From Candidatus Stammera capleta (lineage in GTDB: Bacteria > Pseudomonadota > Gammaproteobacteria > Enterobacterales > Enterobacteriaceae): a DNA stretch of 64,000 nucleotides. The notes beneath the pieces are model-generated. The model made no database searches and was not told where the DNA came from. It saw only the letters and a program-made list of their open reading frames with translations. Below are positions 19,978 to 31,161 of this stretch, piece after piece; within the stretch, counting starts at the first letter, position 1, and each line of letters opens with the position of its first letter. A program made the position numbers and the translations under genes. The stretch lies in NCBI GenBank assembly GCA_036689555.1, contig CP144856.1, forward strand, positions 234,804 through 298,803. Direction: 5' to 3'.

Positions 19978-20448
19978 AATTTTTATTTGTTAATAAATTT
20001 TCATAAAAATAAATTTTTTTTAATTTAAATAAAAAAAAACATTCTAATGTTCTCATAATTTTAAAACTAGAATATGTATTATGATCAAATCCTAATATAT
20101 GTAATAAACTATGTATTAATAAATAAGAAAAATAAAAAAAGTAATTTATATTTTTTTTAATAGATTTTTCTAAAATTACTAAAGGAGAAATTATAATTTC
20201 TCCTAAAAAATTAAATTTTAAATATTTTATTTTAAAAACAAAAGATAATACATCAGTAGCAAAATTTTTATTTCTAAATTTTTTATTTAATTTTCAAATA
20301 ATTTTTTTATTAACTAAAACTAATGTAACTGTTTTTTTAATATTAAAAAAAATATTTAATTTTCATAATCATTTATAAAAAAAAATTTTTTTAGGTAATA
20401 AAAAACAATCATTACAACAATTTATAATATTTAAAAAATATTTACACA
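19970..20448 (-). CDS. ybeY: endoribonuclease YbeY (rRNA maturation factor), 5' end ambiguous
   Basis: Body frame: LLPKKIFFYKW(TGA)LW(TGA)KLN...ATDVLSFVF...HSLLHILGFDH (zinc-binding H-x-x-x-H-x-x-x-x-x-H). TAA 19970-19972 overlaps the murB ATG by 8 nt. This frame opens only at TTG 20407. ATG 20448 with a YbeY-like N-terminus is in another frame. See findings. Confidence 0.8.
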
Positions 20449-20452
20449 TTAT

Positions 20453-21124
20453 TTATAAATTATTATTATAAGCTTTAACTATATTTGCTACAATTGAAGA
20501 ACGCATAATATCTTCAACACCTAAAAAAGTTATACCTACATCATGTATATTTTTACATACATTAATAGCATGTTTTAAACCAGAAGAATTTTTATTAGGT
20601 AAATCTATTTGAGATATATCACCATTAATAACTACTTTAGAATTAAAACCCAAACGTGTCAAAAACATTTTCATTTGAGAGATAGTAGTATTTTGAGCTT
20701 CATCTAATATAATAAAAGAATCGTTAAATGTTCTACCTCTCATATATGCTAAAGGTACTACTTCAATAATATTATGAGATATATATTTTTCATTAAAATT
20801 TGGACCTAATATTTCAAATAAAATGTCATATATAGGACATAAATAAGGATTAATTTTTTGATTAAAACTACCAGGTAAATAACCTAATCTTTCTCCTGCT
20901 TCAACTATAGGTCTAGCTAATATAATTCTATATATTTTTTTTTTTTTTAGATAATCTATAGCTGCTGCTGTAGCTAAATATGTTTTTCCAGTTCCTGATA
21001 CACCTATACCAAAAGTAACAACTTTAGTTATAATATTATTTATATAACTAAATTGCATTTTAGTTTTAGGTTTTATTAAACTATATCTTGTTTTTAAAAA
21101 AAAATTAAATCTTTTTTTTTTCAT
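20453..21124 (-). CDS. ybeZ: PhoH-like ATPase (YbeZ), core domain only
   Basis: Single ORF of 223 aa. GVSGTGKTYLATAAAIDYL Walker A, ...FIILDEAQNTT..., GDISQIDLP. miaB-ybeZ-ybeY order as in E. coli. About 120 aa shorter at the N-terminus than E. coli YbeZ. Confidence 0.88.
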   Translation of the reverse strand: MKKKRFNFFLKTRYSLIKPKTKMQFSYINNIITKVVTFGIGVSGTGKTYLATAAAIDYLKKKKIYRIILARPIVEAGERLGYLPGSFNQKINPYLCPIYDILFEILGPNFNEKYISHNIIEVVPLAYMRGRTFNDSFIILDEAQNTTISQMKMFLTRLGFNSKVVINGDISQIDLPNKNSSGLKHAINVCKNIHDVGITFLGVEDIMRSSIVANIVKAYNNNL

Positions 21125-21132
21125 TATTAAAT

Positions 21133-22467
21133 TTAAATTAAAATACCATATAAATAATTTTTATATAATTTTAAAATTTTTACTTCAACTAATTTACCTA
21201 AAAATAATTTACTACATTTAAAATAAATTATTTTACTATTCTCAGTATAACCAAAATAAAAATCTGGATTTTTATTAGAAATACCTTCAACTAATACTTT
21301 TTGTATAGAATTAATCATTTTGTTAATTCAATAAATAGAATTTAAATAAAGTAAATCATTAATTTTATATAATCTATTTTTTTTTTTTTTTATACTTATA
21401 TTATCTAAAATATTAAAAGATCTAGTATGTGGTCTAGGTGAATACATAAATACAAAACTATTATCAAATTTAATTTCTGATATTAAATCTAAAGTTAATT
21501 GAAAATCATCATCAGTTTCTGAAGGAAAACCAACTATAAAATCAGAACCAAAAACCATATTTTTTCTAACACATAAAATTTTTTTAATTAATTTTTTATA
21601 ATATTCTACAGTATAACCTCTACGCATCTTTTTTAAAATATTATTTGAACCACTTTGAATAGGTAAATGTAAAAAATTAATTATTTTATCTATTTTACTA
21701 TAAGAATTTATCAATTCATTAGTGAAATTATTAGGATGACTAGTAGTAAATTTTATTCTTTTAATACCATCTATATTAGATACTAATTTTAATAAATCAG
21801 AAAAATTACATTTTTTATTATTTTTAAAAAAACTATTGTAAGCATTAACATTTTGACCTAATAAATTTATTTCAGAAATACCATATAAAGATAATCTACA
21901 TATTTCAGAAATAATATTTTCTGGAGACCTACTAATTTCTTTACCTCTAGTAAAAGGAACTATACAATAAGAACAAAATTTATTACAACCTTCCATAATA
22001 GAAACATAAGATAATGATCTTCTATTAAAATTTAAATTATATTTATTAGAAGTAATAATATTTTTTTCTATACCAGAAAAAGATACATCAATAATTTTTT
22101 TTTTATTTTTTCTAAAATCTAAAATAAAATCATAAATTTTATGTAAAGTCTGCGGACCAAAAATTATATCAACAACATTATTACGTGAAAAAATATTTTC
22201 TTTTTCTTGTACTGAAACACAACCACCTACAGCAACAATTAAATTATTTTTATATTTTTTAATATTCTTAATTCTATCAAGAAAAAAAAATAATTTATCT
22301 TGAGCTTTTTGACGTACTGAACAAGTATTTAATATAATTATATTTGCATCATTTAAACAATAAACCAATAAATATTTCATATAATTACTTAAATATACTT
22401 TAATTTTATTTGAATCATAATGATTCATTTGACAACCTCAAGTTTTTATATATATTTTTTCACACAT
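21133..22467 (-). CDS. miaB: tRNA-i6A37 methylthiotransferase MiaB
   Basis: ATG 22467. MCEKIYIKTW(TGA 22438-22440)GCQMNHYDS. Radical-SAM CNKFCSYCIVP. Three pieces are in one frame across TGA. 444 aa. Confidence 0.93.
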
Positions 22468-22490
22468 AATAATCAAAAATTAAATTTTAA

Positions 22491-22564
22491 TAGCTACGAC
22501 AGGAATTGAACCTGTGACCTCAGCGTTATGAATGCTGTGCTCTAACCAACTAAGCTACGTAGCT
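22491..22564 (-). tRNA. tRNA-Met (CAT), elongator type
   Basis: Reverse complement AGCTACGTAGCTTAGTTGGTTAGAGCACAGCATTCATAACGCTGAGGTCACAGGTTCAATTCCTGTCGTAGCTA is near-identical in layout to E. coli metT. A1-U72 is paired, so it is not an initiator. No encoded CCA. One A/C mismatch closes the anticodon stem. Confidence 0.85.
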
Positions 22565-22568
22565 TTAA

Positions 22569-22639
22569 CTGGGGTACCAGGATTCGAACCTGAGATCTCG
22601 GGATCAAAACCCGATGCCTTACCACTTGGCTATACCCCA
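22569..22639 (-). tRNA. tRNA-Gln (TTG)
   Basis: Reverse complement TGGGGTATAGCCAAGTGGTAAGGCATCGGGTTTTGATCCCGAGATCTCAGGTTCGAATCCTGGTACCCCAG. Anticodon loop TTTTGAT. Close to E. coli tRNA-Gln(UUG). Confidence 0.9.
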
Positions 22640-22644
22640 AAACA

Positions 22645-22725
22645 TACGGAAGACGAGATTTGAACTCGTACACATAAAGTACTAGACCCTAACTCTAGTG
22701 CGTCTACCAATTTCGCCACTTCCGT
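22645..22725 (-). tRNA. tRNA-Leu (TAG)
   Basis: Reverse complement ACGGAAGTGGCGAAATTGGTAGACGCACTAGAGTTAGGGTCTAG...CGAGTTCAAATCTCGTCTTCCGTA. Long variable arm, anticodon TAG. Resembles E. coli leuW. The Met-Gln-Leu cluster beside miaB mirrors the E. coli metT-leuW-glnUW locus. Confidence 0.9.
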
Positions 22726-22768
22726 AATAAATATATAAATTATATATATATTATTATATTATATAAAT

Positions 22769-23653
22769 ATGAAAAATAAATTACTTTTACTAAATTTAAT
22801 TAAATATTGTAATAAATTATTCAAAAAAAATAATATATATTATGGTCATGGAACGTATAATTTTTATACAGAAACGATACATTTAATATATTCAATTTTA
22901 AAAATAAATATAAATAAAAAATATAACAAAATTAAATATTATAAAATAACAAAAAAACAAAAAAAAAAAATATTTAAATTAGCTCAGTTAAGAATAAAAA
23001 AAAGAATTCCTATAGCATATCTTACTAAAAATATATGATTTTGTAATAGAAAATTTTATATAAATTATGGAGCTTTAATACCTAGATCACCTATATCAGA
23101 AATAATAAAAAATAAATTTTATTTCATCAATAAAAATTTTTATCCTAAAAAAATATTGGATTTATGTACTGGAAGTGCATGTATAGCTATATCTTGTGCA
23201 TATATATTTCCTAAATCTAAAATAGATGCTGTGGATATATCTCAAAAAGCACTTAATATAGCTAAAAAAAATATTTTAATTCACAAAAAAAATAAACAAA
23301 TTAAATTAATAAAATCAAATTTATTTAAAAAAATAAAAAATAAATATGATCTTATAATTAGTAATCCCCCATATATAAATAAAAAAGATATAAAATATTT
23401 ACCAAAAGAATATTTATATGAACCTAAAATAGCTCTCGTAAGTAAAAATAAAGGTACTTTTTTAATACAAAAAATAATTCATAAATCATACAAATATTTA
23501 AATAAAAAAGGATATTTAATTTGTGAAACAGGACACCAAAAAAAAAAAATTATAAAAAAAAATAAATTAATTAAAATTAGTTGAATTAAAATAAAAAAAA
23601 AAAAATACCAAATTTTTATTATTAAAAAAAAACAATTAAGAAATTTTAAATAA
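22769..23653 (+). CDS. prmB: ribosomal protein L3 glutamine N5-methyltransferase PrmB
   Basis: YYGHGT..., RIPIAYLTKNIW(TGA)FCNRKFYI, ALIPRSPISE, LDLCTGSACIAI, SNPPY (NPPY motif). Two ORFs in one frame. TAA 23651-23653. 294 aa. Confidence 0.88.
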
Positions 23654-24427
23654 ATTTAAAAAATTATTCATATTGCAATTTAAAACTTCATAAAAACTTA
23701 TTTTTTTAAGTTCAGAAATTTTTTTAAATATAAATATAATTTTAGAAGGACAATTTATAAATTTTTTATAAGGATAAGGAGTTAAATATGGAGAATCAGT
23801 TTCAATTAATAATTTATTTAAAGGAATATATTTTATAATTTTTTGTAATAAAAAATTATTTTTATAAGTTATTAAACCAGAAATAGATATATAAACACCA
23901 CAATTTAAAAATTTAAATAATTCTTTTTTTTTAAAATAACTATAACAATGTATAACAGCACCAAATAAATTTACATTAAATTTTTTAATTATATTTCAAG
24001 TATCATTAAAAGAATTTCTTGTATGTATAATACAAGGTTTTTTGTATTTATCAGCAAGATATAAATGATAAATAAAAATATCTTTTTGTTTTTTTTTATT
24101 TTCTTTACTCATATTAATTTTATAATCTAAACCTGTTTCACCAACAGCAATAATTTTTTTATAAGAAATAAATTTTTCTAAATCTAAAAAATCACTATTA
24201 CTAATATTTTTAACATAATATGGATGTATACCACAAGATAATTTAATCATATCTATATATGAAAATAAACTAAAAATGTGAAAAAAATTTTTCATATTTA
24301 TTGATATAGTTAATAAATATAAAAATTTTTTTTTTTTAAATAAATTTAATAATTTTAAAATATTTATTTTATTATTCTTATTACAAAGTAAAAGATCAAT
24401 ATGACAATGAGAATCAATTAATCACAT
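23636..24427 (-). CDS. ycfH: TatD-family metal-dependent hydrolase (YcfH-like)
   Basis: ATG 24427. MW(TGA)LIDSHCHIDLL N-terminus, ...VGETGLDY..., ...LLIETDSPYLTP. tmk-holB-ycfH order as in E. coli. TAA 23636-23638 overlaps the convergent prmB end by 18 nt. 263 aa. Confidence 0.85.
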
Positions 24428-24440
24428 ATATAAAATACCA

Positions 24441-25403
24441 TTATGGTTTTTTATTAATTAAATAATAAATATTATATGATAAATCATAAATTAAAATATC
24501 TTTATTAATATTTAAATTATTATTAAAATTATTAATACAAATAATTATCTTTTTTAATATTACATTAATATTTTTAAAATAAACCTTACTTCTTATATTT
24601 TTTAATATATCTATAGCATCTAAATTATAAATTTTATTAGTATATTTATAATTTAAAGAATCTAAAAAAATAGTATATAAAATATACAAATTTAATTTAA
24701 TAATAGAACTACTCAATATATTAATTATATTAGTAATATTTAAATAAAAAATATTTTTTACCATATGTAAAATATTTATTCTTAAAAATCATTTTTTCTT
24801 TAAAAAAGAAATAGAATCTAAAGGAGAATTATTATTTAAACGTATAGAAGTTAATATATTAGATTTATTAAAAATAATATTATTTAAATTATTATTTATT
24901 CATTTATATACAAATGATTCTTTTGGAACTAATAAATTATATCTATGACATCTACTTAAAAAAGTAAGAGGTATATTATTAGAATTTAAATAAGAAAATA
25001 TCAATATTAATTTATAATTTGGTTCTTCCATTAATTTTAATAAATAATTAAATACAAAAGAATTAGAAAAATTAAAATTAATAAAATAAATAATTTTAAA
25101 AAAACTAAAATACAAACTTTTATTTAAAAAAATAATAATTTTTTTAATAAAATAAATATTTAAATCTTTATTATTAATAATAATAAAATTTGGATGATTA
25201 TTAAATTTAAATAAATTACAATTTATACAATTATTACAAATTTTATTTTTTTTATTTAAACATAAAATTCATTTAACTAATTTAAATACTAGTAAATCTA
25301 CTCCTAAATTACAAGAATAATTTATTAATAAATTACAATTTTTACATAACATTATTTTAGAATTAATTATTTTTTTATATAAAAAATTTAATCATGGATA
25401 CAT
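24441..25403 (-). CDS. holB: DNA polymerase III delta' subunit
   Basis: ATG 25403. MYPW(TGA)L N-terminus as in E. coli HolB (YPWL), ...LLKLMEEP..., ...LSRCHRY (SRC motif). Pieces are in one frame. 320 aa. Position between tmk and ycfH. Confidence 0.8.
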
Positions 25404-25421
25404 TTTATTTTAAAATTTAAA

Positions 25422-26039
25422 TCAAGATAATATTTTATTTTTTAAATTTAAAAACACTTTTTTTTTACTTAAATTACCATTTAATATAATTACATCATTT
25501 CTATTACGAAAATATTTTCTATAAAAACTTACTATTCTATATAAAAATCCTATACCTTGAGATTCAATAAAATCTAATTTTCTAAAAAATAACAAACGTT
25601 TTATAGCTACTAACGGTGAAATATCTAAGTATATTGTTAAATATGGATAAAAATTCACAAAATTTTTATTTAACATAAAAATTAATTTTTTACTTACATT
25701 TCAACCATAACCTTGATATGCTAATGTACTTAAATGAAATCTATCAGATATAACATAATATCCAGAATTTATAGCAGGAATAATAGTTTTTTCAATTAAT
25801 TGAATACGAGAAGCATACATCATTAATAATATAGATTTTTTAGAAATATTAGAATAATTTATTTTATTTGATAAAACTAAATTACGTATTTTTTCAGAAA
25901 AATTATTACCTCCTGGATCACGTACTAATAAAACTTTTTTAATACCCATACAATTTAATAAATCTACTAAAACATTACATAATGTAGATTTTCCAGAACC
26001 ATCTATACCTTCAACAACAATAAATTTATTAATACACAT
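25422..26039 (-). CDS. tmk: thymidylate kinase
   Basis: FIVVEGIDGSGKST P-loop, ...DRFHLSTLAYQG. ORFs 25701-26039 and 25422-25676 are in one frame across TGA. 205 aa. Confidence 0.92.
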
Positions 26040-26141
26040 AAATTTAAATAAAAATATTTATTAATATAATATTACTAATTACAATTTATAATGATATTAT
26101 TATACATTATAAATATGAATTTTAAATTACTGGAATAAACA

Positions 26142-26738
26142 ATGTTAGTAAATAAAATAGCACCTAATTTTCAAGCAGAACTAGTAGATACAAATAATAA
26201 AATTATTAAAATAGATTTTTGAAAAGAAATAGAAAATAAAAATACAGTACTATTTTTCTGACCATTAGATTTTACATTTGTATGTCCATCAGAAATATTA
26301 GAATTCAACAATCAATTTGAAAATTTCAAAAATAGAAAAATTAAATTACTAGGTATATCTATAGATTCAGTATATACACATATAGCATGAAAAAAAACTT
26401 CAATAAATAAAGGTGGTATAGGAAAATTAAATTTTAAAATAATATCAGATATAAAAAAAACAATACAAAAAAAATACAATGTAGAAGATGAAAATACTGG
26501 TACATCATTAAGAGCAACATTTATAATAGATAAAAATAAAATTATAAGACATCTATCTATTAATGACTTACCATTAGGTAGAAATATAAACGAAATTATT
26601 AGATTAATAGATGCAATAAATTTTAGTACAAAAAATAAAAAAGTTTGCCCAGCTCAATGAAAAAAAGGTGATCAAGGAATTACCCCTAATTATAAAGGAA
26701 TATGTAATTTTTTAAAAAATAAATATTATAAAATATAA
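26142..26738 (+). CDS. typical 2-Cys peroxiredoxin (AhpC/Tsa family)
   Basis: Not in the ORF track (several in-frame TGA). MLVNKIAPNFQAE..., peroxidatic Cys box FFW(TGA)PLDFTFVCPSE, resolving Cys VCPAQW(TGA). TAA 26736-26738. 198 aa. Confidence 0.9.
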
Positions 26739-26743
26739 ATAAC

Positions 26744-27025
26744 ATGGATTGAAAATTTAATTTTTACCTAAATTTAAGTATAATAATATTTTTTACTATA
26801 TTATTTTATATTACAATAATTTATCCGTATAAAAAAAAAAAACAAGAACATAAAAATATAATTAATAATCTTAAAATAAATGACAAAATTTTAACTAAAG
26901 GAGGTATAATAGGAAAAATTAAAAAAATAAAAAATAAAAATTATATTTTATTATCAATAAATAAAAAAAATAAATTACTAATAAATAAAAAATTTATAAT
27001 AGATAAAATTTCTAAAAAAATATAA
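26744..27025 (+). CDS. yajC: preprotein translocase subunit YajC
   Basis: MDW(TGA)KFN..., one TM segment, then KKKKQEHKNIINNLKINDKILTKGGIIGKI matching the YajC core (QKR.KEH..L...GD.V.T.GG..G.V). 93 aa. Confidence 0.8.
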
Positions 27026-27040
27026 AAAATAATTTAAAAA

Positions 27041-27205
27041 CTAAATTTTTATTTCATTATAAATAAAATGTTTTCTAAATATAGGATCATATTTTTTAAG
27101 AGAAATTTTTTTTTTAGAGTTAAATTTATTTTTAGTAGAAGTATAAAAATGTTTACTTCCAGAAGAAGAAATTAACTTAATTTTAATTCTTTTATTTTTT
27201 GCCAT
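27041..27205 (-). CDS. rpmG: 50S ribosomal protein L33
   Basis: [54 protein letters not shown] then TAG 27041-27043. Close to E. coli L33. Missed by the ORF track (under 60 aa). Confidence 0.92.
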   Translation of the reverse strand: MAKNKRIKIKLISSSGSKHFYTSTKNKFNSKKKISLKKYDPIFRKHFIYNEIKI

Positions 27206-27428
27206 TTTTTATACCTCTAATATGTAAAAATTTATTTATACCTAATTTATCAATAATTTTTATTCCTTTAGCTGAAACTTTTAATCTAATAAATTTTTTT
27301 TTCTCTTTTACTCAAATACGTTTTTTATGTAAATTAGGAAAAAATTTTTTTTTACTAGAATTCATAGAAAAAGATCTTTTATTACCTGATAAAGTTTTTT
27401 TTTTTGTAACAAAACAAAATTTAGACAT
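27192..27428 (-). CDS. rpmB: 50S ribosomal protein L28
   Basis: [39 protein letters not shown](TGA)[22 protein letters not shown] matches E. coli L28. Overlaps the rpmG start by 14 nt. The plus-strand track ORF 27199-27450 is its antisense shadow. Confidence 0.92.
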
Positions 27429-27429
27429 A

Positions 27430-30400
27430 CTATACCTTTTTATTATATAAAATTATTCTATTTGCTAAAAAAGAAATATTATATTTATTAAATTCAAATT
27501 TTAATAAACCTAATACAATTATAATATTATTAATACTTAATAAAGATGAATATTTATTATATATATCTTTAAATAAAATTAATTCTAAATTACCTGTACC
27601 ATCATCAATATTTAATATACATATACGATTATTATTTTTAGTATATAAAAATTTAATATTTATAATTAAACCAAAAATATAAATGCTTTTTTTAATTTTT
27701 AAAAAATATAAATCTTTTATTCTATAAATATTAGAATATTTTTTTGTTATATTTAAAATATAATTATTTATCGGATGATCAGTTATATATAAACCTAAAA
27801 CTTCTTTTTCTTTATGTAAAAGAAATTCCTTATTCTGTAAAGGTAACATATTTTTAATTTTTTTATATAATAATAACTGATTAATATCTTTATTTTTAAA
27901 TAGAGATAATTGTTTACAAAATAATTCATTACGTTTATATTTAGATAAAATCATTACTTCCTTAATATTTTTTATTAAAACAGAACGATCTATATTAAAT
28001 AGATCAAAAACACCAGAATAAATTAATTTTTCTAATACTAATTTAGAAATTTTACTAGAAAAAGTTAAAATACAAAAACTAATAAAATCTTTAAAATTAC
28101 CATATTTATCACGTAACTTAATAATTAAATTTATAGAACTTTTACCAATACCTTTTATAGCTCCTAATCCATATAATAACTCATTTTTATTATTTATACT
28201 AAAATAGTATAAACTTAAATTAATATTAGGAGGTATAATTTTTATACCCATTTTTTTACTTTCATTAATAATTAATGTAATTTTATTAATATTATCAATA
28301 TCAGCATTCATATAAGAAGCCATATATTCAGAAGTAAAATGAGTTTTTAATCATAAAGTCTGATAAGCTAAAAAAGAATAAGCTACAGAATGAGATTTAT
28401 TAAAACCATAACTAGAAAAATTTTCCATTAAAGAAAAAATCTTCATAGATAAATTAGTATCTATACCTAAAGATACAGAACCATTTTTAAAAATTTTTTT
28501 ATGTAATTTCATTTGACTATAATCTTTTTTACTCATAGACATTCTTAAAGAATCTGCTAAAGCTAAACTATAATTAGCTAAAACTTGAGCAATTTTCATA
28601 ACTTGTTCTTGATATAAAATTATACCATAAGTATATTTTAATATTGGTATTAATAATTTATGTTGTCATTTTTTATCAGGATAATAAATTTTTTCTTTAC
28701 CTCTTTTACGATTAATAAAATTATCAACCATACCAGATTGTAAAGGACCAGGTCTAAATAAAGCTAATAAAGCTATTATTTCATTAAAATTATCAGGCTG
28801 TAAACGCTTTATTAAATCTTTCATACCAATAGATTCTAATTGAAATACAGCAGTAGTTTTAGCTTCTTTTAACAATTTAAAACTTAATTTATCATTAAGT
28901 GGTATATTGTTTATATTAAAATTATTATTTAATTTATTATGAATCATTTTAATTGAATTATTTATTACAGTTAAAGTTCTTAAACCTAATAAATCAAATT
29001 TAATTAAACCTACATATTCAATATCATTTTTATCTAATTGAGTAACTAATCTATTAGATTCTTCATCATAATAAAAAGAGCAATAATTATCTATATTAGA
29101 AGGAGATATTACAATACCACCAGCATGTTTACCTATACCTTTAATTATACCTTCTAAAGAAATAGAAATATCAACTAATTTTTTTACCTCTAAATCAGAA
29201 TTATATATATTTAATAATTTAGGTTCTTGAATAAGTGCTTTATTTAAAGTTATATTAATATCATAAGGTATTAATTTAGCTAAATAATCAATAAAACTAT
29301 AAGGATAACCTAATACTCTACCTACATCTCTTAATACAGATTTAGCTGTTAAAGTATTAAATGTAACTATTTGAGCTACACATTTATAACCATAAGTATT
29401 TTCTATATGAGATATAACTTTATCTCTTTTATTCATACAAAAATCTATATCAAAATCTGGCATTGAAATTCTTTCTAAATTCAAAAATCTTTCAAAAATT
29501 AAATCAAATTTTAAAGGATCAATTTCCGTAATAAACAATAAATAAGCTACTAATGATCCAGCTCCAGAACCTCTTCCTGGACCTACTCATACATCATTTA
29601 ATTTAGACCATTGTACAAATTCCATTACTATTAAAAAATAATCTGAAATATTTAAAGTATTTATTATATTTAATTCTTTTTTAATACGAAATAAATATTT
29701 ACTTAAAATTTTTTTATTTTTACTTAAATTTATTCTTTTATGCAAACCTTTATATACTAATTTTTTTAATAAAATATTAGATTTCTCATTAGAAAAAGGA
29801 TATTTAGGTAAAATAATTTTTTTTTTTTTAAAAATAAAATTACATTTTTTAGCTATTTGAACACTATTATATAAAGCTTCTGGAATATCAGAAAATAAAT
29901 TACACATTTCATACTCACTTTTAAAATACTGTTGATCAGTGTAATTTATAAATAATTTAACTTTATTTAAAGAACAATTATAATATATTGCTGATCTTAT
30001 TTTATGTATATAAAAATCTTTTTTATTAAAAAATATAATTTTATTAGTTGCTACTAAAGGTAAATTATTAGAATTAGCTATATTAATAATAATATTTAAA
30101 TATTTATTTTCATTTAAAGCATTAATTCTAAATATTTGTATATATAATCTATCATTAATATATTTTTTTAAAAGTAATATATATTCTTCTAAAATTAAAA
30201 AATCATAATTAATAAAATTTTTATAATTTATAAAACCATAATTAATATAATACAAAAATATTAAACCATCGTTAAATTTTAATAATAAATTATAATCTAC
30301 AATAAGTTTACCATTATTTCTATATTTATTTTTATAAGATATAGATATTAATTTAATTAAATTATTATAACCTACTTTATTCATTATTAATAAAGTAATA

Positions 30401-30639
30401 TTATATAAATAATTTTTATATAAAACACAAATATCAGAACCTACTATAGGTTTAATACCATAATTATAAGATAATTTAATAAATTTAATTATTGCAGATA
30501 AACTAAAAAAATCAGTTAAAGCTACACAAGGCATATTAAAATCAAAAGATTTTTTTACAATATTATCTATTTTACATAAACTATCTTGTATTGAATAATC
30601 ACTATGAACATTCAAATGTATAAATTTTGGATAAGACAT
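27430..30639 (-). CDS. dnaE: DNA polymerase III alpha subunit
   Basis: Four track ORFs are in one frame joined by TGA. PHP N-terminus [15 protein letters not shown], ...PDFDIDFC..., ...HAGGIVISP..., ...[10 protein letters not shown].... 1069 aa versus about 1160 in E. coli. Confidence 0.95.
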
Positions 30640-30662
30640 AATTTCTTTTTATAAAAAATAAA

Positions 30663-31148
30663 TTAGTTTAATTTATTTATTATATAATTAGTTATATTAA
30701 AAATATTTTTATTATAATAAAAAATAGAATTACTATCAAAAATAATATCATACTTATTTTTTTTAATAAGAATATTAAGAATTTTTTTAATTTTATATAT
30801 AAATAAATTATGTATATTAATATTTTTATCACTAATTTCTTTTTCTAATCTACTTATTTTCAAAAAAATATTTTTCTTTTTAATATTTAAAAAATATTTT
30901 TTTTTATTATTTAAATTAAAATATTTAACTTTAAAAATTCTTTTTTCTTTAATTAAATTATTAATTTCATTATTTAAAAATAAATATTTTTTATAAAAAT
31001 AATAATTCATGTTATTTACAATTCTTTTATATTGTAAAGAATCTTTAAAAATTTTTTCAAAATCTAAAATAGCAAATTTAAAATTATTAAATGCAAATGA
31101 ATTTAAAAAAAAACAAAAATAAAAAAATAAAAATAAAAATTTTTTCAT
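30663..31148 (-). CDS. skp: periplasmic chaperone Skp (OmpH)
   Basis: 161 aa with an N-terminal signal-like MKKFLFLFFYFCFFLNSFA, then a Lys-rich helical body. Same length as E. coli Skp and immediately downstream of bamA. The call rests mostly on synteny. Confidence 0.6.
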   Translation of the reverse strand: MKKFLFLFFYFCFFLNSFAFNNFKFAILDFEKIFKDSLQYKRIVNNMNYYFYKKYLFLNNEINNLIKEKRIFKVKYFNLNNKKKYFLNIKKKNIFLKISRLEKEISDKNINIHNLFIYKIKKILNILIKKNKYDIIFDSNSIFYYNKNIFNITNYIINKLN

Positions 31149-31161
31149 ATATCTCCAAAAA

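Noticed and set aside
22491-22564. The CAT-anticodon tRNA as the TilS substrate tRNA-Ile2 (lysidine), given that tilS is in the window.
   Set aside because: Its acceptor stem, D arm and T arm follow E. coli elongator tRNA-Met (metT), not ileX. The neighbouring Gln and Leu(UAG) genes reproduce the metT-leuW-gln cluster. The TilS substrate is presumably elsewhere.
27199-27450. Plus-strand ORF of 83 aa.
   Set aside because: The opposite strand encodes clear L28 and L33 orthologues (rpmB/rpmG). The plus-strand ORF is their antisense shadow.
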